Positions 8,091-17,602 of a stretch of 19,161 bases of DNA are shown piece after piece (position 1 is the stretch's first letter; the number at the start of each line of letters is the position of its first letter). The notes beneath the pieces were generated by a model. That model was not told the DNA's origin and made no database searches. It saw nothing but the letters and a program-made list of their open reading frames with translations. The stretch covers positions 4,423-23,583 of the forward strand of contig CAZPEL010000015.1 of NCBI GenBank assembly GCA_964585585.1, written 5' to 3'. Source of the DNA: an uncultured Gammaproteobacteria bacterium (GTDB taxonomy: Bacteria; Patescibacteriota; Patescibacteriia; Patescibacteriales; JAGXOH01). The position numbers and the translations under genes are program-made.

Positions 8091-8125
8091 TATCCTAAAA
8101 GCTAACAATTATAAACTAAAAGCTA

Positions 8126-11100
8126 CTAATAATTCGCCCTCTTTTTCTTTCCCTTATAACCTGTTCCGGCCGGGATCAAACAACCGATGATAACATTTTC
8201 CTTCAGGCCTTCCAGATAATCTATCTTGCCGCTCAAACCGGCATCAACCAAAACCCTGGCTGTTTCTTGAAAGGAAGCGGAAGATAAGAAGCTGTCCGTG
8301 GTCAAGGAGGCCTTGGTTATACCGGACAACAATTGGGTGGCCTTAGCCGAATTCTTGCTCTTTTTGTTGGCCCGGTCCAAAACCGCTTGTTCCACCACTT
8401 CTCCGGACAATAACTCGGTATCGCCGGGATCGGCAACCAGGTACCTGGAGAACATTTGCCTGGCGATTATTTCCACATGCTTATCATTCAAGGGTTGTCC
8501 CTGGGAGGAATAAACATATTGGATCTCTTTGAGAATATATTTTTGAACCTCTAATCTGTTTCGGAGTCTATATAATTGATGCAGGTCAAAACTTCCTTCA
8601 GTTAATTTTTGACCTACTTCCACCTTATCCCCGTCATTGACCAGGATATCGGTTCCCTTGGTAACGGTTATCTCCTCCACTTTTTCAGACTCGCTGTTGA
8701 CCTTGATAAACTTGTCCTTAACCTCTATCGTTCCGCTCTTTTTGGCTTTGATCTTATCTCCTCCTACGGAAAACAATTCTGTACCCTTGGAAACCTTGTC
8801 CTCGTCCTTGACCGAAACTTCCACTTTAGGGTCGGCTTGGGAATTATCTTTGGCCTTTAATTTGGCCTTCTCGATCGCATCGGAAAAATAAAACTTTTCC
8901 GATTCCGTACCCTTGTAAAACAGCTTCAAAAGTTTGGTCTGCGGGTTATCCACGGTTACCTCTTTACCGGACTCATCCTTGATCACCTTTTTGCCCATCT
9001 CTACCTTGACCTTGGCGTCAACATCGGCCATGATGGCCTTCTTTTTGGGCGGCTTGGCCTCAAAGATCTCTTCCACCCTGGGTAAACCTTGGGTAATATC
9101 CTCCCCGCCGGCCACACCACCGGCGTGAAAGGTTCTCATAGTAAGCTGGGTACCGGGTTCTCCAATGGATTGGGCGGCCACAATACCAACCGGGGTGCCC
9201 ACTTCCACCGGTCTGTTGTTACCCAGGTCATAACCATAACATTTACGACAGACCCCTCGGCCCACCTGACAGCTCAACAGGGACCTGATAGTGGCTTCCT
9301 CTATTTCTTCCTCATTCTTTTGCCACTCCTCTATCATACTGGTGGTAATGATCTCTCCTTTTTTAAGCAAGGTCTTTCCTTGGGAATTCTTAAGATCCTT
9401 AGCCAAATATCTTCCCATAATTCTTTTGTAAAAATCCTCTCCGGTCTCCTCGCTTTCTTTTTTGGTTATGGCCACACCCTCGGTGTCTCCGCAGTCCTCT
9501 TCAGTTACTATCACATCCTGAGATACATCGACCAGACGACGGGTTAAATAACCGGCGTTAGCGGTACGAAGAGCGGTGTCAGAAAGACCCTTACGCACAC
9601 CGTGGGTGGAGATAAAGTATTCCAAAACTCCAAACCCTTTCTTGAAGTTCCCTTTGACCGGCAATTCGATAATATCACCGGCCGGGGATATCACCAAACC
9701 TTTCATCCCCAAGATCTGGGTCAACTGTCCCCAGCTACCCCTGGCGCCGGATTCCACCATGGAATAAACCGGACTATCAGAGGTCAGGCCTTCTTGAATA
9801 ATATCGGTAACCCTTTCCTTGGCATTGCTCCAGAGTTCGATGATCTTGCTGGATCTTTCACTTTCGGTCAACAAGCCTTCGGCGAACTGCTCCTCCACTT
9901 CTTCCACACTATCATTGGTCTCTTGGATCAATTTATCCTTTTCCTCAAAATCCACCAAGTCTCCCAGGCCAAAGGACCAACCACTCTTGGTTATTATCTC
10001 AAAAGTTTTATTCTTTAACTTATCAATGAATTCCACTGTCTCCTCTTCTTCATAAAATCGTAAACAATCGCGGACCAAGCCCTTGAGCTCTCCTTTCTTG
10101 ATCACCCTGTTAACAAATCTCAATTTCTCCGGCAAGATCTCATTAAAAATAACTCTTCCCACGGTGGTCCTGACCAATCCGCTATCCTCGGATAATCTTA
10201 CTCTTATGGGCTCTTGCATGCCAATATAGTAATTCTCATAGGCCAGTTTGGCCTCATAGGTATCGGTAAAGGCCTTCAGGTCCTTATCCTCTTTTTGTTC
10301 ATCCTCATCTTTGATATTGGTAACATAATAAGCTCCCCAGACAATGTCCTGATTAGGGGCCACGATCGGTTCTCCGGTGGCCGGCTTCAAGAGATTCCGG
10401 GTAGAAAGGATCAAGTTCTCCGCCTCCCCCCGGGCCTCCTTGGTCAAGGGCACATGAACGGCCATTTGGTCCCCGTCAAAGTCGGCGTTAAAGGCCGGAC
10501 AAACCAAAGGATGGATCTGAATGGCCTTACCCTCGATCAAAATAGGTTTAAAGGCCTGGATGCCCAGCCGATGCAAGGTCGGGGCCCGGTTCAGCATGAC
10601 ATAGGAATCGCTGACCACTTGTTCCAAAAGGTCCCAAACCTCATCCGCGCCGCTTTCAATAAAACGGGAAGCGCTCTTAACATTATGGACTATTTCGTTT
10701 TGGATCAATTTACTGATCACAAAGGGTTTAAAAAGCTCCAAAGCCATGGTCTTGGGCAGACCGCATTGGTCCAAATTCAATTTGGGATTGACCACGATCA
10801 CGCTTCGACCGGAATAATCGGTTCTTTTACCCAAAAGGTTCTGCCTGAATCTTCCTTGTTTCCCCTTTAGGGAATCAGCTAAGGATTTCAATTGCCTTTT
10901 TTGTCCGGTTGAAGCCACTACGGTCTTGCTTTGGCGGGCGGAGTTGTCTATTAAAGCATCCACGGCCTCCTGAAGCATTCTTTTTTCGTTCCGACAAATG
11001 ACCTCCGGAGCATTAAGCTCTATTAATTGTTTCAAACGATTATTTCTATTAATAACCCTTCGATAGAGGTCGTTCAGGTCGCTGGCCGCGAACCTGCCCC

Positions 11101-12091
11101 CGTCCAGGGCCACCATGGGACGCAGATCCGGCGGGATCACCGGAACATGGGTCATTATCATCCATTCCGGCCGAATATCATTGGAATACAAACTCTTAAA
11201 GACCCTTAATCTCTTCATTATCTTTTCCCTCTTGGAATCAATAGCGTCCTTGAGTTGTTTTTCCAGGTCCTCAATGGTCTGGCCCAGATCTATTTTTTCC
11301 AAAACGGTCCGAATGGCCTCGGCTCCGATGCCGGCGTCAAAAATATGGCCGTATTTTAAACTCAAATTCTGGTAGGACTCCTCGGAGATGACCAACAAGG
11401 GTTTTAGTTCCTTTAATTCCTTCAGGGATTCGTTAAAGGTTTTTTGCAGTTCCTCTAATTTCTGCTCCTTGGATTCGGTTAATTTGTCTACCTCTTTTTG
11501 AACCTCTTCCTCGGCCTGTTTGTTGGTCTTACCCTCGTCCAATAATTGGTTTTTCTTGGCCTTGGCATCCTTGATCTGTTTGTTAAAATCCTTGTTTATC
11601 CCCCTTCTCTTTTCCTTATATTCACTCTTGATCTGTTCAATAGTGGACTCCTTTAACTCCTCATCCACCTCGGTCACGATAAAACTGGCAAAATAGATCA
11701 CCCTTTCCAGGGAATGCATGCCCAAGTCCAAAAGCAGACCCAATTTGGAGGAAAGTCCCCGCAAAAACCAAATATGGGAACAAGGGGTTTCCAGGGCGAT
11801 GTGCCCCATTCTCTCTCTTCGGACAATACTTCGGGTAACCTCCACGCCGCATTTGTCACAAACGATCCCCTTGTAGCGGATCTTTTTGTACTTACCGCAA
11901 TAACATTGCCAATCCTTGGTGGGGCCGAAGATCTTTTCGCAAAACAAGCCGTCCTTTTCCGGTTTTTGAGTCCTATAATTAATGGTTTCCGGCTTCGCCA
12001 CTTCCCCGTGGGACCAGGCCAGAACATCATCCGGCGAGGCCAACCTTAATCTAATGGCGTCAAAGTCGGTTGTTTTTATTGGATTGATCAT
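8126..12091 (-). CDS. rpoC: DNA-directed RNA polymerase subunit beta' (RpoC), 1321 aa with lineage-specific insertions
   Basis: Zn-binding N-terminus CYCGKYKKIRYKGIVCDKCGVEV; NADFDGDQM catalytic motif; trigger-loop/bridge regions. Two long K/E-rich insertions (after the Zn finger; in the trigger-loop region). Confidence 0.97.
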   Translation of the reverse strand: MINPIKTTDFDAIRLRLASPDDVLAWSHGEVAKPETINYRTQKPEKDGLFCEKIFGPTKDWQCYCGKYKKIRYKGIVCDKCGVEVTRSIVRRERMGHIALETPCSHIWFLRGLSSKLGLLLDLGMHSLERVIYFASFIVTEVDEELKESTIEQIKSEYKEKRRGINKDFNKQIKDAKAKKNQLLDEGKTNKQAEEEVQKEVDKLTESKEQKLEELQKTFNESLKELKELKPLLVISEESYQNLSLKYGHIFDAGIGAEAIRTVLEKIDLGQTIEDLEKQLKDAIDSKREKIMKRLRVFKSLYSNDIRPEWMIMTHVPVIPPDLRPMVALDGGRFAASDLNDLYRRVINRNNRLKQLIELNAPEVICRNEKRMLQEAVDALIDNSARQSKTVVASTGQKRQLKSLADSLKGKQGRFRQNLLGKRTDYSGRSVIVVNPKLNLDQCGLPKTMALELFKPFVISKLIQNEIVHNVKSASRFIESGADEVWDLLEQVVSDSYVMLNRAPTLHRLGIQAFKPILIEGKAIQIHPLVCPAFNADFDGDQMAVHVPLTKEARGEAENLILSTRNLLKPATGEPIVAPNQDIVWGAYYVTNIKDEDEQKEDKDLKAFTDTYEAKLAYENYYIGMQEPIRVRLSEDSGLVRTTVGRVIFNEILPEKLRFVNRVIKKGELKGLVRDCLRFYEEEETVEFIDKLKNKTFEIITKSGWSFGLGDLVDFEEKDKLIQETNDSVEEVEEQFAEGLLTESERSSKIIELWSNAKERVTDIIQEGLTSDSPVYSMVESGARGSWGQLTQILGMKGLVISPAGDIIELPVKGNFKKGFGVLEYFISTHGVRKGLSDTALRTANAGYLTRRLVDVSQDVIVTEEDCGDTEGVAITKKESEETGEDFYKRIMGRYLAKDLKNSQGKTLLKKGEIITTSMIEEWQKNEEEIEEATIRSLLSCQVGRGVCRKCYGYDLGNNRPVEVGTPVGIVAAQSIGEPGTQLTMRTFHAGGVAGGEDITQGLPRVEEIFEAKPPKKKAIMADVDAKVKVEMGKKVIKDESGKEVTVDNPQTKLLKLFYKGTESEKFYFSDAIEKAKLKAKDNSQADPKVEVSVKDEDKVSKGTELFSVGGDKIKAKKSGTIEVKDKFIKVNSESEKVEEITVTKGTDILVNDGDKVEVGQKLTEGSFDLHQLYRLRNRLEVQKYILKEIQYVYSSQGQPLNDKHVEIIARQMFSRYLVADPGDTELLSGEVVEQAVLDRANKKSKNSAKATQLLSGITKASLTTDSFLSSASFQETARVLVDAGLSGKIDYLEGLKENVIIGCLIPAGTGYKGKKKRANY

Positions 12092-12113
12092 AAAATTTAT
12101 TTAAATTAAGAAT

Positions 12114-15100
12114 TTATGAATTTGATTCGGATCCCTCTTCCTTTTCCTCTTGTTTCTCTTCCGACTTTTCCTCTGCTCGGACTTCTTTCGAGCTTGTTTC
12201 TTGTTCCTGCGGCTCTCCTCCCAATAATTCCACATTCATACCCAAACCTTTTAATTCCCGGGTCAACACATTAAAGGATTCCGGAACATTGAGTTTGGTT
12301 ATCTCCTCGCCCTTGATAATGGATTCGTAAGCGCTGCTTCGGCCGGGCACATCGTCCGACTTAATAGTCAATATCTCCTGCAGGGTGTGGGCGGCTCCGT
12401 AACCCTCCAGGGCCCAAACCTCCATCTCTCCGAACCTCTGGCCTCCGAACTGGGCCTTACCTCCCAGGGGCTGCTGGGTGATCAAGGAATAAGGACCGAT
12501 GGATCTTTGGTGCATCTTGTCCTCGACCATGTGGTTTAATTTCAACATATATTTATAACCGACCACTACTCGATTGTCATAGGGACGGCCGGATTTACCG
12601 TCATACAAAGTAACCTTGCCATCCTCGGGTAGTCCGGCTCGGGACAGTTCTTCCTTGATCTTTTTCTCCGGAATTCCGTTCAGGGGCGGTGTAGCCACTT
12701 TATAACCCAATTTCTCCGCGGCAAAGCCCAAATGGGTCTCCAGGATCTGACCCAAATTCATACGGGAAATAACACCTAAAGGAGATAAAATTATATCCAC
12801 CGGAGTGCCGTCCTCTAAGTAGGGCATATCCTCTTCCGGCACCACTTTGGAGATAACACCCTTGTTTCCGTGTCTGCCGGCCACCTTGTCACCCACCTGT
12901 ATCTTCCTGAGGTTGGCCACTGATATCTGAATGGATTTCAAAACTCCGGCCGGCAATTTATCTCCGTTTTCCCGGGAAAATATCTTGATATCCACTACCT
13001 TGCCGTGCTCTCCGTGTTCCAAATACAGAGAAGAATCCCGGACATCCTTGGCTTTTTCGCCGAATATGGCCCGGAGCAACTTCTCTTCCGCGGACAATTC
13101 GGTCTCTCCCTTGGGGGTGATCTTACCTACCAGGATATCACCGGAAGAAACCTCGGCTCCGATCCTGATTATTCCGTCCTCATCCAAATTCTTTAATTTT
13201 TCCTCGCTAATATTGGGTATATCATTGGTTATCTCTTCCGGGCCCAACTTAGTATCCCGAACATCCACGGTGTAATTTTCTATATGAATTGAGGAATAAA
13301 CCTCGTTCTTAACCAATCTATCGGAAATTATAATAGCATCCTCGTAATTGTATCCTTCCCAGGTCATAAAAGCGACCAGAGCGTTCTTACCCAAAGCCAA
13401 TTCCCCGTTTTCGATACAAGGGCCGTCGGTCAAGGCATCGCCCTTCTTGATCTTATCTCCCACATTGACCACCGGTCTTTGGTTCATACAAGTGGAGGAA
13501 TTGGAACGGGCGAATTTACAAAGATAATAATCCTTTACCTCCCCCTTCTTATTCTTGACCGCGATATTGGAAGCATCTGATTTGATCACTTCCCCATCCT
13601 CTTCGGCCAATATCATATGGCCGGAATCCTGGGCCGCTCGGCCCTCGACTCCGGTTCCCACAATCGGGGAATCACTGGTTACCAAAGGCACGGCCTGCCG
13701 TTGCATGTTGGTCCCCATCAAGGTTCTTTGCCCGTCATCGTGTTCCATAAAAGGGATCAGAGAGGTGGCGATGGAAATGATCTGGTTAGCGGCCACTCCG
13801 ACGTAATCAATATAACAGACATCCATAGTGGTGGGTTGACCGAACTTTCTGACCTCGTGATTGTCCACCATGAAATAACCGTTATTGTCCACCGGCACAT
13901 TGGAAGAAGCTGTAATTTGCTTTTCCTCTTCAAAAGCGTCCAAAAGGACTATTTCCTGGGTTACCCTGGGTGTGATCGGTATCAAAACCCTGTTATCCAC
14001 TTTATCCTTAAGTTCTTTGATGGTCTTTTTATCCAATTTTTTTCCGGCCTTGGCGATTATCTTGCCGGTCTTTTTGTCCGGCACATCCTCATACAAAACA
14101 CCGTCGCCGGCCTCGTCCAGTTTTCTGACCTCCTTAACATCCTCTCTTAGTACCTCGCCCTCCAGGGCCGGATCGCTTACTTTAAGGTCATGCAAAACCT
14201 TTCTATAAGAAGTTTGTAAAAATCCATAACTATTGATCCGGGCATAACTGGCCAGATGTCCGACCAAACCGATATTAGGACCTTCCGGGGTGGCAATGGG
14301 ACAAATTCGGCCGTAATGGGTGGTATGTACGTCACGCACTTCAAAACCGGCCCTTTCCCGGGTCAATCCTCCGGGGCCCATGGCGGATAACCTTCTTTTG
14401 TGTTCCAGTTCCGCCAAAGGATTGGTCTGGTCCATGAACTGGGATAATTGCGAAGACATGAAAAACTCCCGGACCACGCTTATAACCGGCCGGGCATTGA
14501 TCAATTTATTCGGAGTTAAGGTGGTGAAATCGGCTGTACTCATTCGATCCCGGATGATCCTCTGCATTCGGGCCAACCCCACTCGAAATCGATTCTGGAT
14601 CAATTCTCCGATGGCTCTGACTCTTCGATTTCCCAAATGATCAATGTCATCCTCCGGGTCTCCGGTAATATTCAATCGGATCACCTCCTTGATAATGGAG
14701 ATCAGGTCTTGTTTTCGCAAAACCCGGTTCTCCTTGGAGTTGTCTATATCAAAACCGAATCTTCGGTTTAGTTTATACCTACCTACTCGACCGAAGTCAT
14801 AACGATCGAATCGGAAAAACATGGAGTGGATCAATTGCCTGGCGTTGTCGGTAGCGGCGAAATCTCCGGGCCGGATCTTTCGATAAACCTCTTTCAATCC
14901 TTCTTCCTCGTTAGTGGCGGCGTCCTTTTTGATAGTGGATTCAATGTAGCTTAATTCTCCTTTTTTACCGGCCTCTTCGTTGACTATGTCCACATCTTTG
15001 AACAAATTTATGATCTCTTCGTCCGTGGAATAACCGAAAGCCCTGAGCAAAGAGGTAATGGCCACCTTTCTTTTTCTGTCTATTCTAACCCAGACCACTT

Positions 15101-15629
15101 TATTGACATCGGTCTCTATTTCCAACCAAGCACCCCGGTTGGGGATAACCTTGGCTCCGTAATATTTCTTGCCCTTGATGTAGTTGGCGTTGAAGATCAC
15201 ACCCGCGCTTCTGATAAGCTGGGATACGATAGCTCTTTCAATGCCGTTGATAATAAAAGTTCCGTTCTGGGTCATTAAAGGAAAATCTCCTAAAAAAACC
15301 TCTTGTTCCGTGTTCTCTTTTTGTCTCTTGTTGATAAGCTCCACTTTAGCCCGCAAAGGAGCTTCATAAGTAATGTTTTTTTCCCGACTTTCCCTTTCAT
15401 TGAATTTGGGCTCGTCCAAATAATAATCCTTGAAATAGAGTTCCAGATCGCGCCCGATAAAATCGGTTATAGGGGAAATCTCTTCAAACAACTCTTTTAA
15501 TCCTTCCCGAATAAACCAATCATAAGAATCCTTTTGAACCTCGATCAGGTCCGGCATGGGTATGGTCTCCTTGAATTCCGTAAAGAACTGACGCGAGGTA
15601 GTGGGTGAGGTGGCTTTTTTATTGGTCAT
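12114..15629 (-). CDS. rpoB: DNA-directed RNA polymerase subunit beta (RpoB), 1171 aa with an acidic C-terminal tail
   Basis: Conserved RpoB blocks throughout (PDLIEVQKDSYDWF, GRHGNKGVISKV, and others). ATG at 15627-15629. Confidence 0.97.
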   Translation of the reverse strand: MTNKKATSPTTSRQFFTEFKETIPMPDLIEVQKDSYDWFIREGLKELFEEISPITDFIGRDLELYFKDYYLDEPKFNERESREKNITYEAPLRAKVELINKRQKENTEQEVFLGDFPLMTQNGTFIINGIERAIVSQLIRSAGVIFNANYIKGKKYYGAKVIPNRGAWLEIETDVNKVVWVRIDRKRKVAITSLLRAFGYSTDEEIINLFKDVDIVNEEAGKKGELSYIESTIKKDAATNEEEGLKEVYRKIRPGDFAATDNARQLIHSMFFRFDRYDFGRVGRYKLNRRFGFDIDNSKENRVLRKQDLISIIKEVIRLNITGDPEDDIDHLGNRRVRAIGELIQNRFRVGLARMQRIIRDRMSTADFTTLTPNKLINARPVISVVREFFMSSQLSQFMDQTNPLAELEHKRRLSAMGPGGLTRERAGFEVRDVHTTHYGRICPIATPEGPNIGLVGHLASYARINSYGFLQTSYRKVLHDLKVSDPALEGEVLREDVKEVRKLDEAGDGVLYEDVPDKKTGKIIAKAGKKLDKKTIKELKDKVDNRVLIPITPRVTQEIVLLDAFEEEKQITASSNVPVDNNGYFMVDNHEVRKFGQPTTMDVCYIDYVGVAANQIISIATSLIPFMEHDDGQRTLMGTNMQRQAVPLVTSDSPIVGTGVEGRAAQDSGHMILAEEDGEVIKSDASNIAVKNKKGEVKDYYLCKFARSNSSTCMNQRPVVNVGDKIKKGDALTDGPCIENGELALGKNALVAFMTWEGYNYEDAIIISDRLVKNEVYSSIHIENYTVDVRDTKLGPEEITNDIPNISEEKLKNLDEDGIIRIGAEVSSGDILVGKITPKGETELSAEEKLLRAIFGEKAKDVRDSSLYLEHGEHGKVVDIKIFSRENGDKLPAGVLKSIQISVANLRKIQVGDKVAGRHGNKGVISKVVPEEDMPYLEDGTPVDIILSPLGVISRMNLGQILETHLGFAAEKLGYKVATPPLNGIPEKKIKEELSRAGLPEDGKVTLYDGKSGRPYDNRVVVGYKYMLKLNHMVEDKMHQRSIGPYSLITQQPLGGKAQFGGQRFGEMEVWALEGYGAAHTLQEILTIKSDDVPGRSSAYESIIKGEEITKLNVPESFNVLTRELKGLGMNVELLGGEPQEQETSSKEVRAEEKSEEKQEEKEEGSESNS

Positions 15630-16062
15630 ATTTTTAAATCAATTTAAAAACAAACGATTAATTAAATATTTGAAATAAAGATAAAGGTTTCGGAGAACTT
15701 GGGAAAGGCGGAAAAACAAAAAACAACAAAAAAATCTCAATACCTGATTCAATGGCTTGAGTTTTTTAGTGGAAGATATTTATCTATTTCTTTTTACTCA
15801 CTTGAAAAAAATTTAGTTTTTAAATCGGGCTAAAATTTTTGTTCAACTGTTATCCACTTGTTGTTAAAATGATTCTTTATATTAACAATAATTATTGGAT
15901 ATGTCAAGAATAAAGAATAAAGATCTTTTTTTAAAAATTTTTAGCTTATTTTAGATAAACTAAACCTGATCTTAATTTTTTAACCACAACTTATCCACAA
16001 CAAAAAAATCGAGATCCGATCTCTAATCTCTTTAACTCATACTTTTAACGAGTCTTGCTCCA
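15630..16062 (-). promoter_or_regulatory. 430-bp AT-rich non-coding region upstream of rpoB (promoter and long leader for rpoBC)
   Basis: No ORF of 60 aa or more; very AT-rich; lies between the Mur ligase stop and the rpoB start. Confidence 0.5.
15980..15999 (+). promoter_or_regulatory. Tandem DnaA-box-like 9-mers: TTAACCACA (8/9) then TTATCCACA (9/9, consensus DnaA box); a third, TTATCCACT (8/9), is at 15850-15858
   Basis: Read directly. TTATCCACA is the canonical DnaA box. All three are in the same orientation within about 150 bp. Confidence 0.35.
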
Positions 16063-17463
16063 TTAATGATCGATTTGTTGTAACTCTTCCTTTACTACTT
16101 GTCTGTCGTCCCAGGGGACTTTTCCCCCTTTGGCCGTGCAAATAGATTGCTCACTTCCTTTACCGGTAATAATAATTATATCATCTTTTTCCGCCAGCTG
16201 CAAAGCTTTTCTTATGGCCTCCCGCCTATCCATTATCTTGAACAGATCATGCTCCTTGTGTTTGCCGGCATTCTCGGCTCCGGTGGCCACTTGATCTATG
16301 ATAAGTTTGGGGTCTTCATCATAAGGGTCCTCATTGGTAACAATGACCACATCCGCTTTTTCTCCGGCTATTCGACCCAATTGGGGCCGACGGGATACAT
16401 CTCGGCCACCTCCGGCCGAACCCAGGACATGGACTATTCTCTCGTGGGGGATCAGGTCCAAAGTGGAGTACAGCTTTTCCATAGCATGGGGCTCAAAGGC
16501 ATAATCGACTATTATCCCGAAGTCCTGACCTTGTTCTATTTTTTCCAATCTTCCGGCTATCCCCTTGATCTTTCGCAGTCCTTTTTTAATGGCCTCTATC
16601 TCTATTCCCTGGGACAAACAAACACAAACGGCGTTCATAGCATTTTGGACATTAAATTCCCCCAAAATGGGCAACCTGACCTCCTGGCCCTCGACCAAGA
16701 AATTATAGCCCCGGTCCTGATACCGGATCTTTTTATAATCAATGATCCGAACATGAGGAGACGGCTCTTCCGCCCCGCCTTTATCATATTGATAAGTAAG
16801 CTTTTCCTCGGCCCAAAACTCGGAAAAATAATCGGAATGTTCATCATCCCCGTTAACAATAATGGTCTTTTTCACCCGGTTCAGGTCTATCTTTTTTATC
16901 TCCGAGGATGTCTTTCTAAGCTTCCGATCTTCATCCACATATTTAGTTTTGCCTCTTTTTAAGTGCCGAAACAACTCACCCTTGGCCCGCTTATAATTCT
17001 CAAAACCGCCATGGGACTCGATATGTTCCGGATACAGACCGGTAAAAACCAAAATGTCATAATTTATAAACCTGTGCCGGAACTGCCGCATTCCCTCGCT
17101 GGTACTTTCCACTATGGCATACTGACAACCGTTGTTCACCATATCCTTTAGGATCTTTTGGGTAAAAAACCTGCCCACCATGGTCATCTTCTTGTCATTC
17201 AACCACTCTTTTTCCCCATTCCCAAACAAAGTAGTGGAGGTATAACCCACTTTAAAACCGGCCTCTTCCAGGGTTTTGGCTATCAGATACACGCTGGAGG
17301 TCTTGCCGGTGGTTCCCGTGACGCCGATCACGATCAACTTTTCACTTGGACGCCCGGAAACCAAAGCGGCCAACCAGCTCAAGAAAAAATGATAAGCCGG
17401 CTGTAAATACCGGAATATCTTAGTGGGGATCAATCTCTTTATTTTAGCCAGTAGTTTGTCCAT
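16063..17463 (-). CDS. Mur ligase family protein, MurE-like (UDP-N-acetylmuramoyl-tripeptide synthetase-like); lacks the usual about 100-aa N-terminal domain and has a short hydrophobic N-terminus
   Basis: P-loop GVTGTTGKTS; central-domain motifs ESTSEG, DILVFTGLYPEHIESHGGFENYKRAKGELF, VDYAFEPHAMEKL (DYAHNP-like) and a C-terminal DPYDEDP...DRREAI...ITGKGSE. This is a Mur ligase fold. The specific substrate cannot be assigned from sequence alone (MurE, MurT and CapB-like remain possible). Confidence 0.75.
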   Translation of the reverse strand: MDKLLAKIKRLIPTKIFRYLQPAYHFFLSWLAALVSGRPSEKLIVIGVTGTTGKTSSVYLIAKTLEEAGFKVGYTSTTLFGNGEKEWLNDKKMTMVGRFFTQKILKDMVNNGCQYAIVESTSEGMRQFRHRFINYDILVFTGLYPEHIESHGGFENYKRAKGELFRHLKRGKTKYVDEDRKLRKTSSEIKKIDLNRVKKTIIVNGDDEHSDYFSEFWAEEKLTYQYDKGGAEEPSPHVRIIDYKKIRYQDRGYNFLVEGQEVRLPILGEFNVQNAMNAVCVCLSQGIEIEAIKKGLRKIKGIAGRLEKIEQGQDFGIIVDYAFEPHAMEKLYSTLDLIPHERIVHVLGSAGGGRDVSRRPQLGRIAGEKADVVIVTNEDPYDEDPKLIIDQVATGAENAGKHKEHDLFKIMDRREAIRKALQLAEKDDIIIITGKGSEQSICTAKGGKVPWDDRQVVKEELQQIDH

Positions 17464-17477
17464 AATACATAAAATTC

Positions 17478-17602
17478 AAAAATCAAAATGCAAAACTCAA
17501 AATGACAGAGAAAAGATCAAAATTAATCAATTTTTTGTTTTGATCTGTAATTTTGAGTTTCCTGCCTTGCCGGCAGGCAGATGAGATTTGATTTTTGCAT
17601 TT
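17478..17602. other. Highly structured spacer between femAB-like stop and Mur ligase start: 9-bp stem AGATCAAAA/TTTTGATCT, GC hairpin CCTGCC-ttgcc-GGCAGG, 10-bp long-range inverted repeat AAATGCAAAA/TTTTGCATTT, followed on the sense strand by a U-rich tract
   Basis: Read directly. On the minus (sense) strand the AGAUCAAAA hairpin is followed by UUUCUCUGUCAUUUUGAGUUUUGCAUUUUGAUUUUUG. This could be a terminator, an attenuator or a leader. Confidence 0.35.

Noticed and set aside
8298-15500. Many plus-strand ORFs of 60-218 aa inside rpoC and rpoB
   Set aside because: They are antisense to highly conserved RNAP genes, and none shows recognisable motifs.
15630-16062. Chromosomal origin of replication (oriC)
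   Set aside because: DnaA-box-like 9-mers are present, but all flanking genes are co-oriented and no dnaA or dnaN is nearby. Kept only as a DnaA-site cluster finding, not called as oriC.
16099-17406. Plus-strand ORFs (up to 287 aa) antisense to the Mur ligase gene
   Set aside because: Low-complexity translations opposite a clear Mur-ligase CDS.
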